Shown here: positions 28,493 through 37,553 of the stretch, one piece after another
Numbering within the stretch: the first letter of the stretch is position 1
How the letters are laid out: each line of letters begins with the position of its first letter
Assembly (NCBI GenBank): GCA_016186955.1
Contig: JACPKP010000004.1
Location: 142,563-206,562, forward strand
From: Candidatus Daviesbacteria bacterium
Lineage (GTDB): Bacteria; Patescibacteriota; Microgenomatia; Daviesbacterales; UBA10151
DNA length: 64,000 nt
Direction of reading: 5' to 3'
The notes under the pieces: generated by a model
Databases searched by the model: none
Told to the model about the DNA's origin: nothing
The model's input: the letters and a program-made list of their open reading frames with translations, nothing else
Translations under genes and position numbers: made by a program

Positions 28493-28527
28493 GGGCAGTC
28501 CGGTTTTCCGGGCTGCCCATTCTTTTT
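28493..28527 (+). terminator. Rho-independent terminator (hairpin gggcagtccgg/ccgggctgccc + TTCTTTTT) between convergent genes
   Basis: Read directly. A second GC hairpin, cccccttcgggggg, lies at 28422-28436. Confidence 0.4.
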
Positions 28528-28939
28528 ACCCTGACGCTTTCGACAGTCCTAAAAACTCCTTATAATCCCTGATATAATCATCGGGATCATAAAGATTGGA
28601 CGCCAAAACCAGTAGAATAGTTTTCTTTTTAAAGTCATGCATTTCATGCCAGACCATTTTGTCTAAAAACAGTCCATGCTCAGGTTTGTCCAAAAAAACT
28701 GTTGCGCGTTTTTTCCCGTCATCAACTATTATTTTAATATCCGAATTCAGGCAGAATAAAACCTGTTGGGTTTTTTTATGTGCATGGAACCCCCTCGGAA
28801 ATTTAGGGTCAGCATCAAATATTGAATAAATCCTGTTTATGGGGAAGGGGATATGGTCAGGGGTTTGGGCAAACACCAGGGAACCGTCGTCTGTAATTTT
28901 TGGCAGGTAGATAAACCGCACCAGTTCATTTTCTCTCAT
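28526..28939 (-). CDS. Cupin-fold sugar 3,4-ketoisomerase-like (FdtA/WxcM-like)
   Basis: 'YSIFDADPKFPRGFHAHKKTQQVLFCL...VWHEMHDF' fits the WxcM/FdtA cupin pattern. Confidence 0.45.
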   Translation of the reverse strand: MRENELVRFIYLPKITDDGSLVFAQTPDHIPFPINRIYSIFDADPKFPRGFHAHKKTQQVLFCLNSDIKIIVDDGKKRATVFLDKPEHGLFLDKMVWHEMHDFKKKTILLVLASNLYDPDDYIRDYKEFLGLSKASG

Positions 28940-28980
28940 TTGTCTTTGTAAATATGCCAGTACTGTTGTAAAGTATCTTT

Positions 28981-29541
28981 ATGATAAATTTTTTAAAGAA
29001 TGTAATCAATCAGGCCACCGGTTTAGATTCTACATCAATTATCATAGCAGTTGGAGCAGCTACTTTTTTCTTCGGGTTTGGCGCAGGCGCGCTTTATAAT
29101 TATTACCTGATTTTGACAAACTCACCAATAGTTTCAACACTAAGAACCTCTTTAACCTTCAAATCAGCAATTTTCGGGGATGGGATAATTTTACCAATCA
29201 TTAACATGACGGCAGCATATTTCCTGATCAAAAACCGGAAATACCGGACAAAAACCATTTTAGTTTACTCATTTATATCAGGATTTGTTGTTTTAGCCTA
29301 TTTTCACATCACCCAGGCTGTCAAGGGTTTGGTCAACTGGGCGATGCCCTCACCCTGGCATTGGAACCTGTTAGGGCTTTGGCATGCAATATATATGTAC
29401 TCTGTTGCGAGTTTCATCTCCTATTTTTACTTTACCAGCATAAAGTCAGCAATAAAGGAAAAAAAAATTCCGCTTCAGCTGATACTTGTCACAATTGGAA
29501 TGATAACATTTTTTATACTACTTGATTTAGATTACCGCTGA
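28981..29541 (+). CDS. Hypothetical multi-pass membrane protein
   Basis: It has 5-6 hydrophobic helices and no motif. Confidence 0.35.
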   Translation: MINFLKNVINQATGLDSTSIIIAVGAATFFFGFGAGALYNYYLILTNSPIVSTLRTSLTFKSAIFGDGIILPIINMTAAYFLIKNRKYRTKTILVYSFISGFVVLAYFHITQAVKGLVNWAMPSPWHWNLLGLWHAIYMYSVASFISYFYFTSIKSAIKEKKIPLQLILVTIGMITFFILLDLDYR

Positions 29542-29559
29542 TTGATCCTTACTGGCACT

Positions 29560-29619
29560 CACCTGGAAGGAGTCCATTCGGCCACCTTCCAGGTGGGCCC
29601 TGACTCCTGGAAGGTGGTG
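29560..29619 (+). promoter_or_regulatory. Three-part element with mutually exclusive hairpins: A cacctggaagg, B caccttccaggtg, C cctggaaggtggtg
   Basis: B can pair with either A or C (11-bp and 9-bp stems). It sits just upstream of a TTGACA-18-TATAAT promoter. Confidence 0.3.
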
Positions 29620-29633
29620 TCATATGTGATAGG

Positions 29634-29663
29634 TTGACATGAACCCCATAGTCATACTATAAT
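29634..29663 (+). promoter_or_regulatory. Sigma70-like promoter TTGACA-18-TATAAT
   Basis: Read directly. It lies upstream of the GC-rich small gene. Confidence 0.35.
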
Positions 29664-29767
29664 CCCAACTTAGTGTCTGGAAAGTGACAAGGTCATAAGA
29701 TTGCTTGGCTTTTGTTGTTTTTCCAGCAATAGGCAGGGCATATTCAGTTGTGGAAAAGGAGGTTGTC

Positions 29768-29968
29768 GTGGCAAAGCGGAAGCGACAGCTGGTTGAGGCG
29801 GAGCTCAGGAAAGCTGACCTCCAGATCTCAGCCCAGTCCGGGTATCATTATGAAACCGGCCTGGGATACGGATCCCCGCTCGAAGAGTGGGATGAATCCT
29901 CATACTATGAGGAGGGCGAGGAACCAAACTGGGGCAGAGCCCTGTCCCAGTTGCAACGCAACAACTGA
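29768..29968 (+). CDS. Small (66 aa) basic-N/acidic-C protein encoded in an anomalously GC-rich (~57%) patch
   Basis: A perfect RBS AAGGAGG sits 5 nt before GTG. The ORF is in-frame with ORF-track entry 29705..29968. A terminator follows. Confidence 0.4.
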   Translation: MAKRKRQLVEAELRKADLQISAQSGYHYETGLGYGSPLEEWDESSYYEEGEEPNWGRALSQLQRNN

Positions 29969-29977
29969 ATATGCCAG

Positions 29978-30010
29978 AAGGCGGCCTCCGGGCCGCCTTT
30001 CCTATTCTAT
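29978..30010 (+). terminator. Hairpin aaggcggcc-tccg-ggccgcctt + T-rich tail (probably bidirectional)
   Basis: Read directly. It abuts the sortase stop on the opposite strand. Confidence 0.45.
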
Positions 30011-30592
30011 AAGTTCACCAAAGACCAAAAGCCTTTTTAGGCTGGTGCCGGGTGGAGTACAGGTCATCAGAGTAAGAATTTTTTCATCTGTGTTGCTTTT
30101 TAGGTACTGCACATCATTAGGATTAACTATTTTTTTGCCATTGACAACATATTCATATTTTTCCCCTTTAAAGTAGATAAAAACTTTATCCCCATAATTT
30201 AACTTATCCAGTAGATAAAATATTGAGTTGTACCTTTGTGCTTCATAAAAATTTACTGAGGAGTGTGAGAATAAAAACATATTTCCTGGTTGGCCGGGAT
30301 AGGCTGTACCTTTAGCATGGGCTATGCCCTTTGCCAGCACCTGTTGGTATTCCCACTCCTTCCATGGGTCAACATTGGCGATTATGCGTGAATTAGCCCC
30401 TATTTTGGGCACCACAATGCCAAATTGCCGGTCTATAGGTTTAACCTCCTTCTTAGACTGTTTAACTAAGGCGCTTGTTTGGTAACCAAGCTCAGCTAAA
30501 AGCATGGGGTAAAAGGTAAGCCCGACAATAGAAAATGAGAAAAAAATCAGAATAATACCTAATGATGTTAAAAACCCGGGATATTTAAACAC
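30002..30592 (-). CDS. Sortase (class A/E-like transpeptidase)
   Basis: N-terminal TM. Catalytic 'LTLMTCTPPGT' (TLxTC) with upstream His. Length 196 aa. Confidence 0.8.
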   Translation of the reverse strand: MFKYPGFLTSLGIILIFFSFSIVGLTFYPMLLAELGYQTSALVKQSKKEVKPIDRQFGIVVPKIGANSRIIANVDPWKEWEYQQVLAKGIAHAKGTAYPGQPGNMFLFSHSSVNFYEAQRYNSIFYLLDKLNYGDKVFIYFKGEKYEYVVNGKKIVNPNDVQYLKSNTDEKILTLMTCTPPGTSLKRLLVFGELIE

Positions 30593-30596
30593 AATT

Positions 30597-31163
30597 TTAG
30601 ATGCGTTTTTTTGACCTTAACCCTTTGAAAAGTATTACCAAACCGGAAACCAGTGAAGCCAAAGCAATAATCAACCAAATAGATTCTGCACCTGTTTTTG
30701 GCAGGCTGATTGATGCCCCCAAAATCTCTCCTCCAGTACCTCCGCCACTGCAGCTGTAATTGCTGTTTTTGGCCAGATATGGAGCATTTTGCAGCCCCCA
30801 AAGACTTCCGTCAGGTATCAGAACCCAATTGTCTTTTTTTAAAACTTCAATTTGACCCTGGGTTAAGGATGAAGCTTTCCACCAGTTTGTCTGAATACCT
30901 GCTCCGTCTATAGAACAAAAACATTGCTGCAGTGTATTGTCTGAAAGTGTATAGACCTTGTCAGACCCTTTAAATTCAGTGCTATTTCCCGCTATACCAT
31001 GGGTTCCGCCGGGGTAGTCTGCTTTTATTGTTCCCTCCGGATTTGAACATGAAGGGAAATGAGGGGTATCAACAGCTTTTACCTGCATTGGGGTAGCGGT
31101 AAATAAAATTAATGAAACTGATAGTGATACCAAAAGTAACTTTGATAAATTCAAATTTATCAT
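30597..31163 (-). CDS. LPxTG cell-wall-anchored surface protein (sortase substrate)
   Basis: Signal peptide. C-terminal 'LPKTG' + hydrophobic helix + 'RSKKRI' tail. Gly/Ser-rich linker. Confidence 0.8.
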   Translation of the reverse strand: MINLNLSKLLLVSLSVSLILFTATPMQVKAVDTPHFPSCSNPEGTIKADYPGGTHGIAGNSTEFKGSDKVYTLSDNTLQQCFCSIDGAGIQTNWWKASSLTQGQIEVLKKDNWVLIPDGSLWGLQNAPYLAKNSNYSCSGGGTGGEILGASISLPKTGAESIWLIIALASLVSGLVILFKGLRSKKRI

Positions 31164-31205
31164 ATCGCGCGGATTATAGCAGGCCTATAATGAAATTGCA
31201 AGGGG

Positions 31206-32192
31206 TTAAATGAATTTTCTGAAAGTGTAAAAGGATGTAATTGTTTTAACAGCTTTTCTGGGGTTTCCATTTTTATTCCAAAGCTGGGTTGAACCACCTA
31301 CACTAACCCAATAGTTTATTCCGATAACATTAGGATTGTTTTTAAGATTTTCGAGAACGCTTGAAATCCAATCTGATTGTTGTTCTTCATTCATCCGGCC
31401 GTTAATATCAGGTATTGGTACACCAAACTCACCCAAAACTACTTTTCCTCCGCTTGCCACTGCAATTTTATTGATATCGGAAATCAGTTTTTCCGGTTTG
31501 CCAACATAATGGTCGATCACTACAATTCCGCCCAATGATTTAGTTGTATCTTTATCCATAACTAAAGTTGCTACATCATAATTCATGGAATAAAAACCGC
31601 TGTTTAAATCCTTACCGATTTTTTTAAATGATTTTTGGGAGATTTGATATTCATCAATCAAAAATTTTCTATAATCCTCAACACCACCTGTTTGTCTGGG
31701 ATCACCCGAACCGCCATTTTCGCACTCAGGACAGGGAGTAAAAATATCGCCGTTTTCGAAAAAGTAAGGATTTTTTAATATAAAATCTTCTGTTTTTTTT
31801 AGATGGGTATTTCTGTCAATTTTATCATAGCCAAACCATTTTTCCCAACCGGAAAAATTCCCTCTGAACCAAACTTTGAGTTTATATTTTCTGGCAGCCT
31901 GAACCCACCTTTTTAGCATAGGGTTGAATTCATCGTCATACGGGGTTGAGATGGCGATATGGCTGGCGCCGGTTTTAGCAATATCTCCAACCTGGGTATT
32001 AATAGTCAGGTCAAAGCTCTCATCAGCTAACTTCTCCCGGCTTAAATCCCTGGAGTATTTAACAGTATCTATTGAGCGAAACTGCCAGTAGGGAACTGCA
32101 GCGGTTTTCGGTCCTGTCCCCGGAGCAATCGCCTTATAAAAGAAAAGCAGTCCTACCAGTATCATTAATATTCCCAGCAAAGTTTTATTCAT
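31206..32192 (-). CDS. Secreted TIM-barrel glycoside-hydrolase-like protein (GH5/GH113-like)
   Basis: Signal/TM. 'CPECENGG' (candidate acid/base NE/EN), 'LGEFGVP' (candidate nucleophile) and 'INYW' are present. Confidence 0.35.
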   Translation of the reverse strand: MNKTLLGILMILVGLLFFYKAIAPGTGPKTAAVPYWQFRSIDTVKYSRDLSREKLADESFDLTINTQVGDIAKTGASHIAISTPYDDEFNPMLKRWVQAARKYKLKVWFRGNFSGWEKWFGYDKIDRNTHLKKTEDFILKNPYFFENGDIFTPCPECENGGSGDPRQTGGVEDYRKFLIDEYQISQKSFKKIGKDLNSGFYSMNYDVATLVMDKDTTKSLGGIVVIDHYVGKPEKLISDINKIAVASGGKVVLGEFGVPIPDINGRMNEEQQSDWISSVLENLKNNPNVIGINYWVSVGGSTQLWNKNGNPRKAVKTITSFYTFRKFI

Positions 32193-33817
32193 TATTTTTG
32201 TTTTCCCAAAATTGGCCTGGTAATAAGATTGCTTACATATTGTTCCTGCAGCTTGTATACGTCCGCAAACGGATACTTAGCTACAAGATCATAATGATCA
32301 AGCTCCTTGGTTTTGCTGACTGCTTTATAAACCATATCTTTGTCATCGTAGGTACGCATCACAATCCATCTGGCCCAATGGGAAGGATTTGTAGTGGCAA
32401 GATCCCAATAAGCGCCCGTTCCTTCATGAATAAACTTGCTCATAGGTAATCCTGAGGAAAAGACGATCGCGTCATGAGATGCAACAGATATCAAAACGAA
32501 CCCATCTTTATCTTTGGCATTTTGGTTCAACCATCCGCTAACCTCGGAAACATTTTTTTGGCTTGATCCGACTCTGGCATCATCTATGGTCACCGCATCC
32601 AAACTGTTAAATTGAAAAAATGTTACAAATAATAAAAGACCGATCAATACAAGCCTTAAGTCTTTTAATCTGTCAATTAAAAATCCTACGAATATTGCAG
32701 CAGGCACAACCATCAGCGCTCCGTAACGCACATTAAACCAGGTTTCCCCTGAAATTCCCTGAATAAATAAAACAGAATGGCCAAAATACAGGGCAGCAAT
32801 ATTAAAAATTAGTGGAGTAGTTAACATTGAAGCTGCAATCTTTACGTTTAAGGCAATTTTTTTATCGATCCATAAAATTACCGCGCCAATCAAACCCAAA
32901 ACAGCAATAAAAGCGCCTACGTTATATACTAATGCATACAAATAGGCGCTTGCAGAATAAAGGATGTTTCCTTTGGTAACCAGATTTCCTGCCTGTTCCA
33001 ACTGAGCTTGCTGAACGCGCGCAGAGTAAGGACCATACGCAAAATATAGCGCATCTTTAAAAATCAGTTGGTTCCATAAAAACCATAGGAGTATCCCAAA
33101 CCCCGCCAGGGTTGCAAACAATATCATCAATCCTTCCGCTTTCTGGTATTTTTCTTTTAGGTTTTGGGTAATTTTACCTTGACTCTTTATAAAAATATTT
33201 ACCATAACCGCCGAGGCGATCAATAAAAATAGAAACCATCCGTCATAACGGGTAAGACTTGCCATCATCACCCAAAAAGCGGATTTGATTAAATCAATAA
33301 TTTTTTCCTCTTTTTCCCAAACGATAAAGCTGTAAATTGCCGCAGTGGTTGTGGCGATCAAAAGAGGTTCTGTCATTGCAGTAGACTGGAGATAAAGCAT
33401 GTTTAGGTTGGATGCAAACAGCCCTACTGCCACTAGCCTTCCCAATATCCCAATACCCAGTTTTTTTAAAATAAGATAGATAAAAATTCCTGTTGCCACA
33501 AAAGAAACCATTGAAGTTAAAGCTCCGGCTAAACCTGAGTGCCATAAAAAATCATTCCAGACAAAGGGGATCATTAAAACATGGGGGAGGGGAAGCCAGA
33601 CACTTCCAAGCTGAGCGATACCGGGCTTTAACCCTTCAACCACCCTCCTGCCAATATCCAAATGAGAACGCGCATCATTGTACGAAAGCCCCAAGCCGTT
33701 AATATAAAAATATGTAAAACTAACCAAGGCTATTAATGATAGAAGGATAGGTAAACCCAACATGGGGTCTTTAAAAATTATTCTAATTACATTCAGTTTA
33801 ATAATTGTATTTTTCAT
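32192..33817 (-). CDS. GT-C fold membrane glycosyltransferase (PMT/ArnT-like, GT39/GT83-like)
   Basis: More than 10 TM helices. The first loop has 'DARSHLDIGRR' (DE-like motif). Confidence 0.45.
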   Translation of the reverse strand: MKNTIIKLNVIRIIFKDPMLGLPILLSLIALVSFTYFYINGLGLSYNDARSHLDIGRRVVEGLKPGIAQLGSVWLPLPHVLMIPFVWNDFLWHSGLAGALTSMVSFVATGIFIYLILKKLGIGILGRLVAVGLFASNLNMLYLQSTAMTEPLLIATTTAAIYSFIVWEKEEKIIDLIKSAFWVMMASLTRYDGWFLFLLIASAVMVNIFIKSQGKITQNLKEKYQKAEGLMILFATLAGFGILLWFLWNQLIFKDALYFAYGPYSARVQQAQLEQAGNLVTKGNILYSASAYLYALVYNVGAFIAVLGLIGAVILWIDKKIALNVKIAASMLTTPLIFNIAALYFGHSVLFIQGISGETWFNVRYGALMVVPAAIFVGFLIDRLKDLRLVLIGLLLFVTFFQFNSLDAVTIDDARVGSSQKNVSEVSGWLNQNAKDKDGFVLISVASHDAIVFSSGLPMSKFIHEGTGAYWDLATTNPSHWARWIVMRTYDDKDMVYKAVSKTKELDHYDLVAKYPFADVYKLQEQYVSNLITRPILGKQK

Positions 33818-33824
33818 AATAATT

Positions 33825-35345
33825 TTATTGCCTGTTTTTAGAAATTGAAAAGACTATCAGAGAGGCTATAACAAAACAACTTGAGACGCCTGTGACGATG
33901 GCAAGAAATACCGTACTAGTTATTTTATCGAATAGGTATACATTATATATAAGCGAACCGGAGAAATTTTTTTGGATTAATTCAAGATTGTATCTGAAAT
34001 CTGAATGAATTGGGGTGAGTAAGTGGACTGCTTGAATAGCCGGCGGGATATGTACGGTTGTAACAGCGCTCAAGGTATTAACAAAAATTCCATATAGTGC
34101 AACCAAGCATAATAAAATCAAAAAAAATATATTTTTTTTAAGTCTATCCAATAGAATACCCAACCCAGAACAAAGCAAGGCAAATGATGGAATCAAATAT
34201 CTTGGTCCAAAAGCCCAACCGCCCCAAGGATCGTTAAACATAGAATACAATAAAACGTTTATCCCTATCATAGTTAGCATCAAAGACGCTAAACTACTGT
34301 CTTTTTTGCTCCGAATTATCCAAAACAAGCTTATAAAACCGATTAATACAACCGGACTATAATAAATTAGCCCACGGTCTCTGCTAAAAAGTAAAACGCC
34401 TAATCCATTGAGTTGTCTGCGTGATTCGAATTGATGAAAATCCTTAGACCTTGTGACTGTTTCATTTTCAATTTTGTGGGATTGGCTTAGTTGAGGATCC
34501 TCAGGAAAGATTGCTCTACCCTGAGTCTGTGCAAGTTTAAAATAGTTACCGGTTACCTGATAATTATACCAAAGAAATAACCCTGTAATGGGTACTAGAC
34601 CTATAAATATACCAAGCATACTTATACGCTTGAGTGACTGCTTTAATTGAAAAAATACCTCACTTTTTTCTATAAAAATATTTTTGTAAATTACAACAAT
34701 TAATATTGGGATAGACAGTATAATATTAGGAATATCAACTATCGCAGCAGCGCTCAATAAAAACCCAAAAATTATATTACTTAAAATCCCCCTTTTTTGT
34801 AATGTGTTAAGCAGCATTAAAATAATCAGAGTGACGCTAACCTGATGCTGTGTAAAAGTAACCGCATACGGGTATGCATTTGTAGCAAATAAAAATAAAA
34901 ACCCACTGAGTATGCTGGAATAAAAACCCGCCCCTAATTTTGAAGCTAATTTTGCAACCAGAAAGATATTCAAAAGAGATAATAATGTTATAGAAAGGTA
35001 AGTTGTTAATTGCTGGAGATTGAATATAGAGCCTAAATAATAAAAAGGCACTCCGATCAACGAAACACCGGGTGTAAAAATTGATAGATATTTACCATTA
35101 ATCTTGGAAATATCAGGCGATGAAAAAGCAGCCAAAGATTCATTAAGAAATAAACTATTGGATTTGACAATCGACTCAGTTAGGGCAAACCTCGAGGAAC
35201 TATTTGTACCTTCAAAAGGGCTGCCTATACCGGTATCCCTGTTTGTTTGAAAGTAAATTGGGATACCCGAACGTCCCCTGACCGCAAAACCTAATAAAAA
35301 TAAACTTATTATTAAGGTGGTTACCAGAAAAAAAGCATTTTTCAT
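33825..35345 (-). CDS. GT-C fold membrane glycosyltransferase (PMT/ArnT-like), second copy
   Basis: Multi-TM with the same architecture. It lies adjacent to 32192-33817. Confidence 0.45.
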   Translation of the reverse strand: MKNAFFLVTTLIISLFLLGFAVRGRSGIPIYFQTNRDTGIGSPFEGTNSSSRFALTESIVKSNSLFLNESLAAFSSPDISKINGKYLSIFTPGVSLIGVPFYYLGSIFNLQQLTTYLSITLLSLLNIFLVAKLASKLGAGFYSSILSGFLFLFATNAYPYAVTFTQHQVSVTLIILMLLNTLQKRGILSNIIFGFLLSAAAIVDIPNIILSIPILIVVIYKNIFIEKSEVFFQLKQSLKRISMLGIFIGLVPITGLFLWYNYQVTGNYFKLAQTQGRAIFPEDPQLSQSHKIENETVTRSKDFHQFESRRQLNGLGVLLFSRDRGLIYYSPVVLIGFISLFWIIRSKKDSSLASLMLTMIGINVLLYSMFNDPWGGWAFGPRYLIPSFALLCSGLGILLDRLKKNIFFLILLCLVALYGIFVNTLSAVTTVHIPPAIQAVHLLTPIHSDFRYNLELIQKNFSGSLIYNVYLFDKITSTVFLAIVTGVSSCFVIASLIVFSISKNRQ

Positions 35346-35348
35346 ATT

Positions 35349-36581
35349 TTAAATTTGCGGTTGGTTCATTCCAAAAAAAGCATCTTTTAACTTATCCATT
35401 GATTTTTTGAATTCGAAATTAGATATATATAATTCTCTATTGTTTACGCCAAATCTCTCTCTAATGCTTCGGTTTAGAATCAGGGTCGCTATTTTTTTAG
35501 CCAGTTGGGCAGGATTTCCAGAAGCAACTACAAATCCGCCGAAATGATATTTTTCAAGCTCTCGGCTTGTATTATTTTCAGCTATTACCATCGGCAGACC
35601 GGATGCCATCGCCTCAAAATACATAGCCGGCATAGTTTCTGAAATTGAGCCAGACACAAAGATATCTGCTTTATTATAAAATTTATTAATCAGCTCCCTT
35701 TTAATATATCCTTTAAAAACAACATATTTATTTAGTTTCAATCTGGTTGTTAAATTTAATAAATGCTCTTTTTGCGGACCATCTCCCACTATTACCAGTA
35801 TTAAATTTGTAATTTTCATTTTATGCACAAGAATATTTAAAGCAAAAATCAGATCTTCTGTTCTTTTTCTTTCAACTAAATAACTTACATTAAGCAGGAC
35901 AATATCTTTTGTTGTTTTTCTTGCCCTTTTTTTGTATGAAACCACCTGTGTAGCGTTATTTCCAACAGGTAAAATCATTGTATTATAAAGACCTTTATTT
36001 TTTAGTATTAATTTGCTTGCTTCATCCTTGGCTATAACTAAAGCTGCTTTTTTTAATGTTAGGTTAGATATGTAAATAAAAGCTTTAGATAAAAAATATG
36101 TTTTACTGTCAAAAAATTTAAGCAACGCAAGGGTCTTACTTGAACTTACATTTATTTTCTTACCCATAGATCTGGTTTCATCCTCTCCCAAAAAAGTATG
36201 CGGAGTTACAATTGGACCGATAACAAAAGGTATTTTTTTTGAAAATACTAACCCCGCAAGGTTGAATGTTTCGTTTAATGCAAACGGACCGTTATGCCAC
36301 ATAATGTCATACCTGTTCTGCTTAATTAATATCATTGATTTCAGAAAAACCCAGAAAATAAATTTCAAGCGTGTTAAATTAGATATATATTCAGGTTTTT
36401 TTTGAAAAAAACTAATGATACTTAGACGCCCCATTTTCTTTTTCTCACAAAACCCAACTAAAACATCCCCGTAAATATCCTCTTGTTTACTTAAATACTC
36501 AAGATAATCAAATGCCCTTGAATATTCACTGCCGTCATTTTTATCCGCTATATAGTGCAACGGCGCTATCAATAAATTCAT
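35349..36581 (-). CDS. GT4-family glycosyltransferase
   Basis: 'ETMPAMYFEAMASGLPMVIAENNTSRE' is the GT4 C-terminal block. Confidence 0.65.
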   Translation of the reverse strand: MNLLIAPLHYIADKNDGSEYSRAFDYLEYLSKQEDIYGDVLVGFCEKKKMGRLSIISFFQKKPEYISNLTRLKFIFWVFLKSMILIKQNRYDIMWHNGPFALNETFNLAGLVFSKKIPFVIGPIVTPHTFLGEDETRSMGKKINVSSSKTLALLKFFDSKTYFLSKAFIYISNLTLKKAALVIAKDEASKLILKNKGLYNTMILPVGNNATQVVSYKKRARKTTKDIVLLNVSYLVERKRTEDLIFALNILVHKMKITNLILVIVGDGPQKEHLLNLTTRLKLNKYVVFKGYIKRELINKFYNKADIFVSGSISETMPAMYFEAMASGLPMVIAENNTSRELEKYHFGGFVVASGNPAQLAKKIATLILNRSIRERFGVNNRELYISNFEFKKSMDKLKDAFFGMNQPQI

Positions 36582-36600
36582 ATAAATACCTTTCTTGATG

Positions 36601-37551
36601 TTAATGAACCTTTTTTTGTATTAAAAAGTCTAAATAATCGTTTTGCTTCCCTTTATCGTAATAATGAGATAAATTTAGAGAGATATATAAAGCTAGTGGC
36701 TGATTAAACTCTTTCGTTATTTTTTGAATCCGGCTATAAACATCCCGGGAATCGGTTTTAATCAATTTTTGCGTAAAATCATAATCTTTAAGAGTTAGCA
36801 CCATATATTCACAATCTATAATTGTAGCAGAGCTTTTACTAACCAGAATATTTTCGGCAGATAAATCCCTATGCGCTAAATATAAGGATTTTTGGTTTGA
36901 TAAAACAAAACCCTTGAGTATTAAAAGCGCTGATTTAATTATTGTCCAGGAATATTTCGGGTTAGATATAACGCCAAGAAATATTAAAAAAGGCAAGGAG
37001 AGAACCATAAAAGATAAACTTCTGGTTGGAAAACCATTCAGTTGTAATGGTTTTGAAACCTTTTCAAAGGCTTCAAGTATCCCTTTAATATAAGTTACCT
37101 GAAAGGGGATAGAGAAGCATTTTAACTGTTTTCCCGGGATATATTTGAAAACAACTGATAATAACCTCTTCTCTTCAATTATTTCTAAAACCTCAGTAAC
37201 TTCAAGTTTTTTACCACAAATTTTAATTGCAGTTTTGGAAAATTCTTTAGACAGCAATTTACTGGAAATAATTTCATTGAGTAAAGAATAATAATGAAAA
37301 TCCCTAAAGTGGCCCTGCCAGGTTTTTATAAATTTTTTATTACCTTGATTGTCCGAGTAAATGCCTACATAAAAATTACTGAAGCCATTTGATTTTTTTA
37401 TTGTTCTTATCAGTCTATACTTACCGATATTCGTCAGTTCAAGGTTATACTTATTAAATAACTTATTGATACCAAAAAAAGAAATTATCATACCCACCAG
37501 TAAGTTTAGGGTTGATGCTTTTTTGTAATCAGTTATGCTCTTACTTTTCAT
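36601..37551 (-). CDS. Protein-kinase-like fold protein (Kdo/WaaP / eukaryotic-like kinase), N-terminal TM
   Basis: Catalytic loop 'HRDLSAENILV' followed by 'IIDCEY' (DFG-like region). Confidence 0.5.
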   Translation of the reverse strand: MKSKSITDYKKASTLNLLVGMIISFFGINKLFNKYNLELTNIGKYRLIRTIKKSNGFSNFYVGIYSDNQGNKKFIKTWQGHFRDFHYYSLLNEIISSKLLSKEFSKTAIKICGKKLEVTEVLEIIEEKRLLSVVFKYIPGKQLKCFSIPFQVTYIKGILEAFEKVSKPLQLNGFPTRSLSFMVLSLPFLIFLGVISNPKYSWTIIKSALLILKGFVLSNQKSLYLAHRDLSAENILVSKSSATIIDCEYMVLTLKDYDFTQKLIKTDSRDVYSRIQKITKEFNQPLALYISLNLSHYYDKGKQNDYLDFLIQKKVH

Positions 37552-37553
37552 AT

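Noticed and set aside
29748-30176. 142-aa ORF overlapping the small GC-rich gene and the sortase 3' end
   Set aside because: It is an alternative frame through the GC-rich patch without RBS, and it crosses the terminator.
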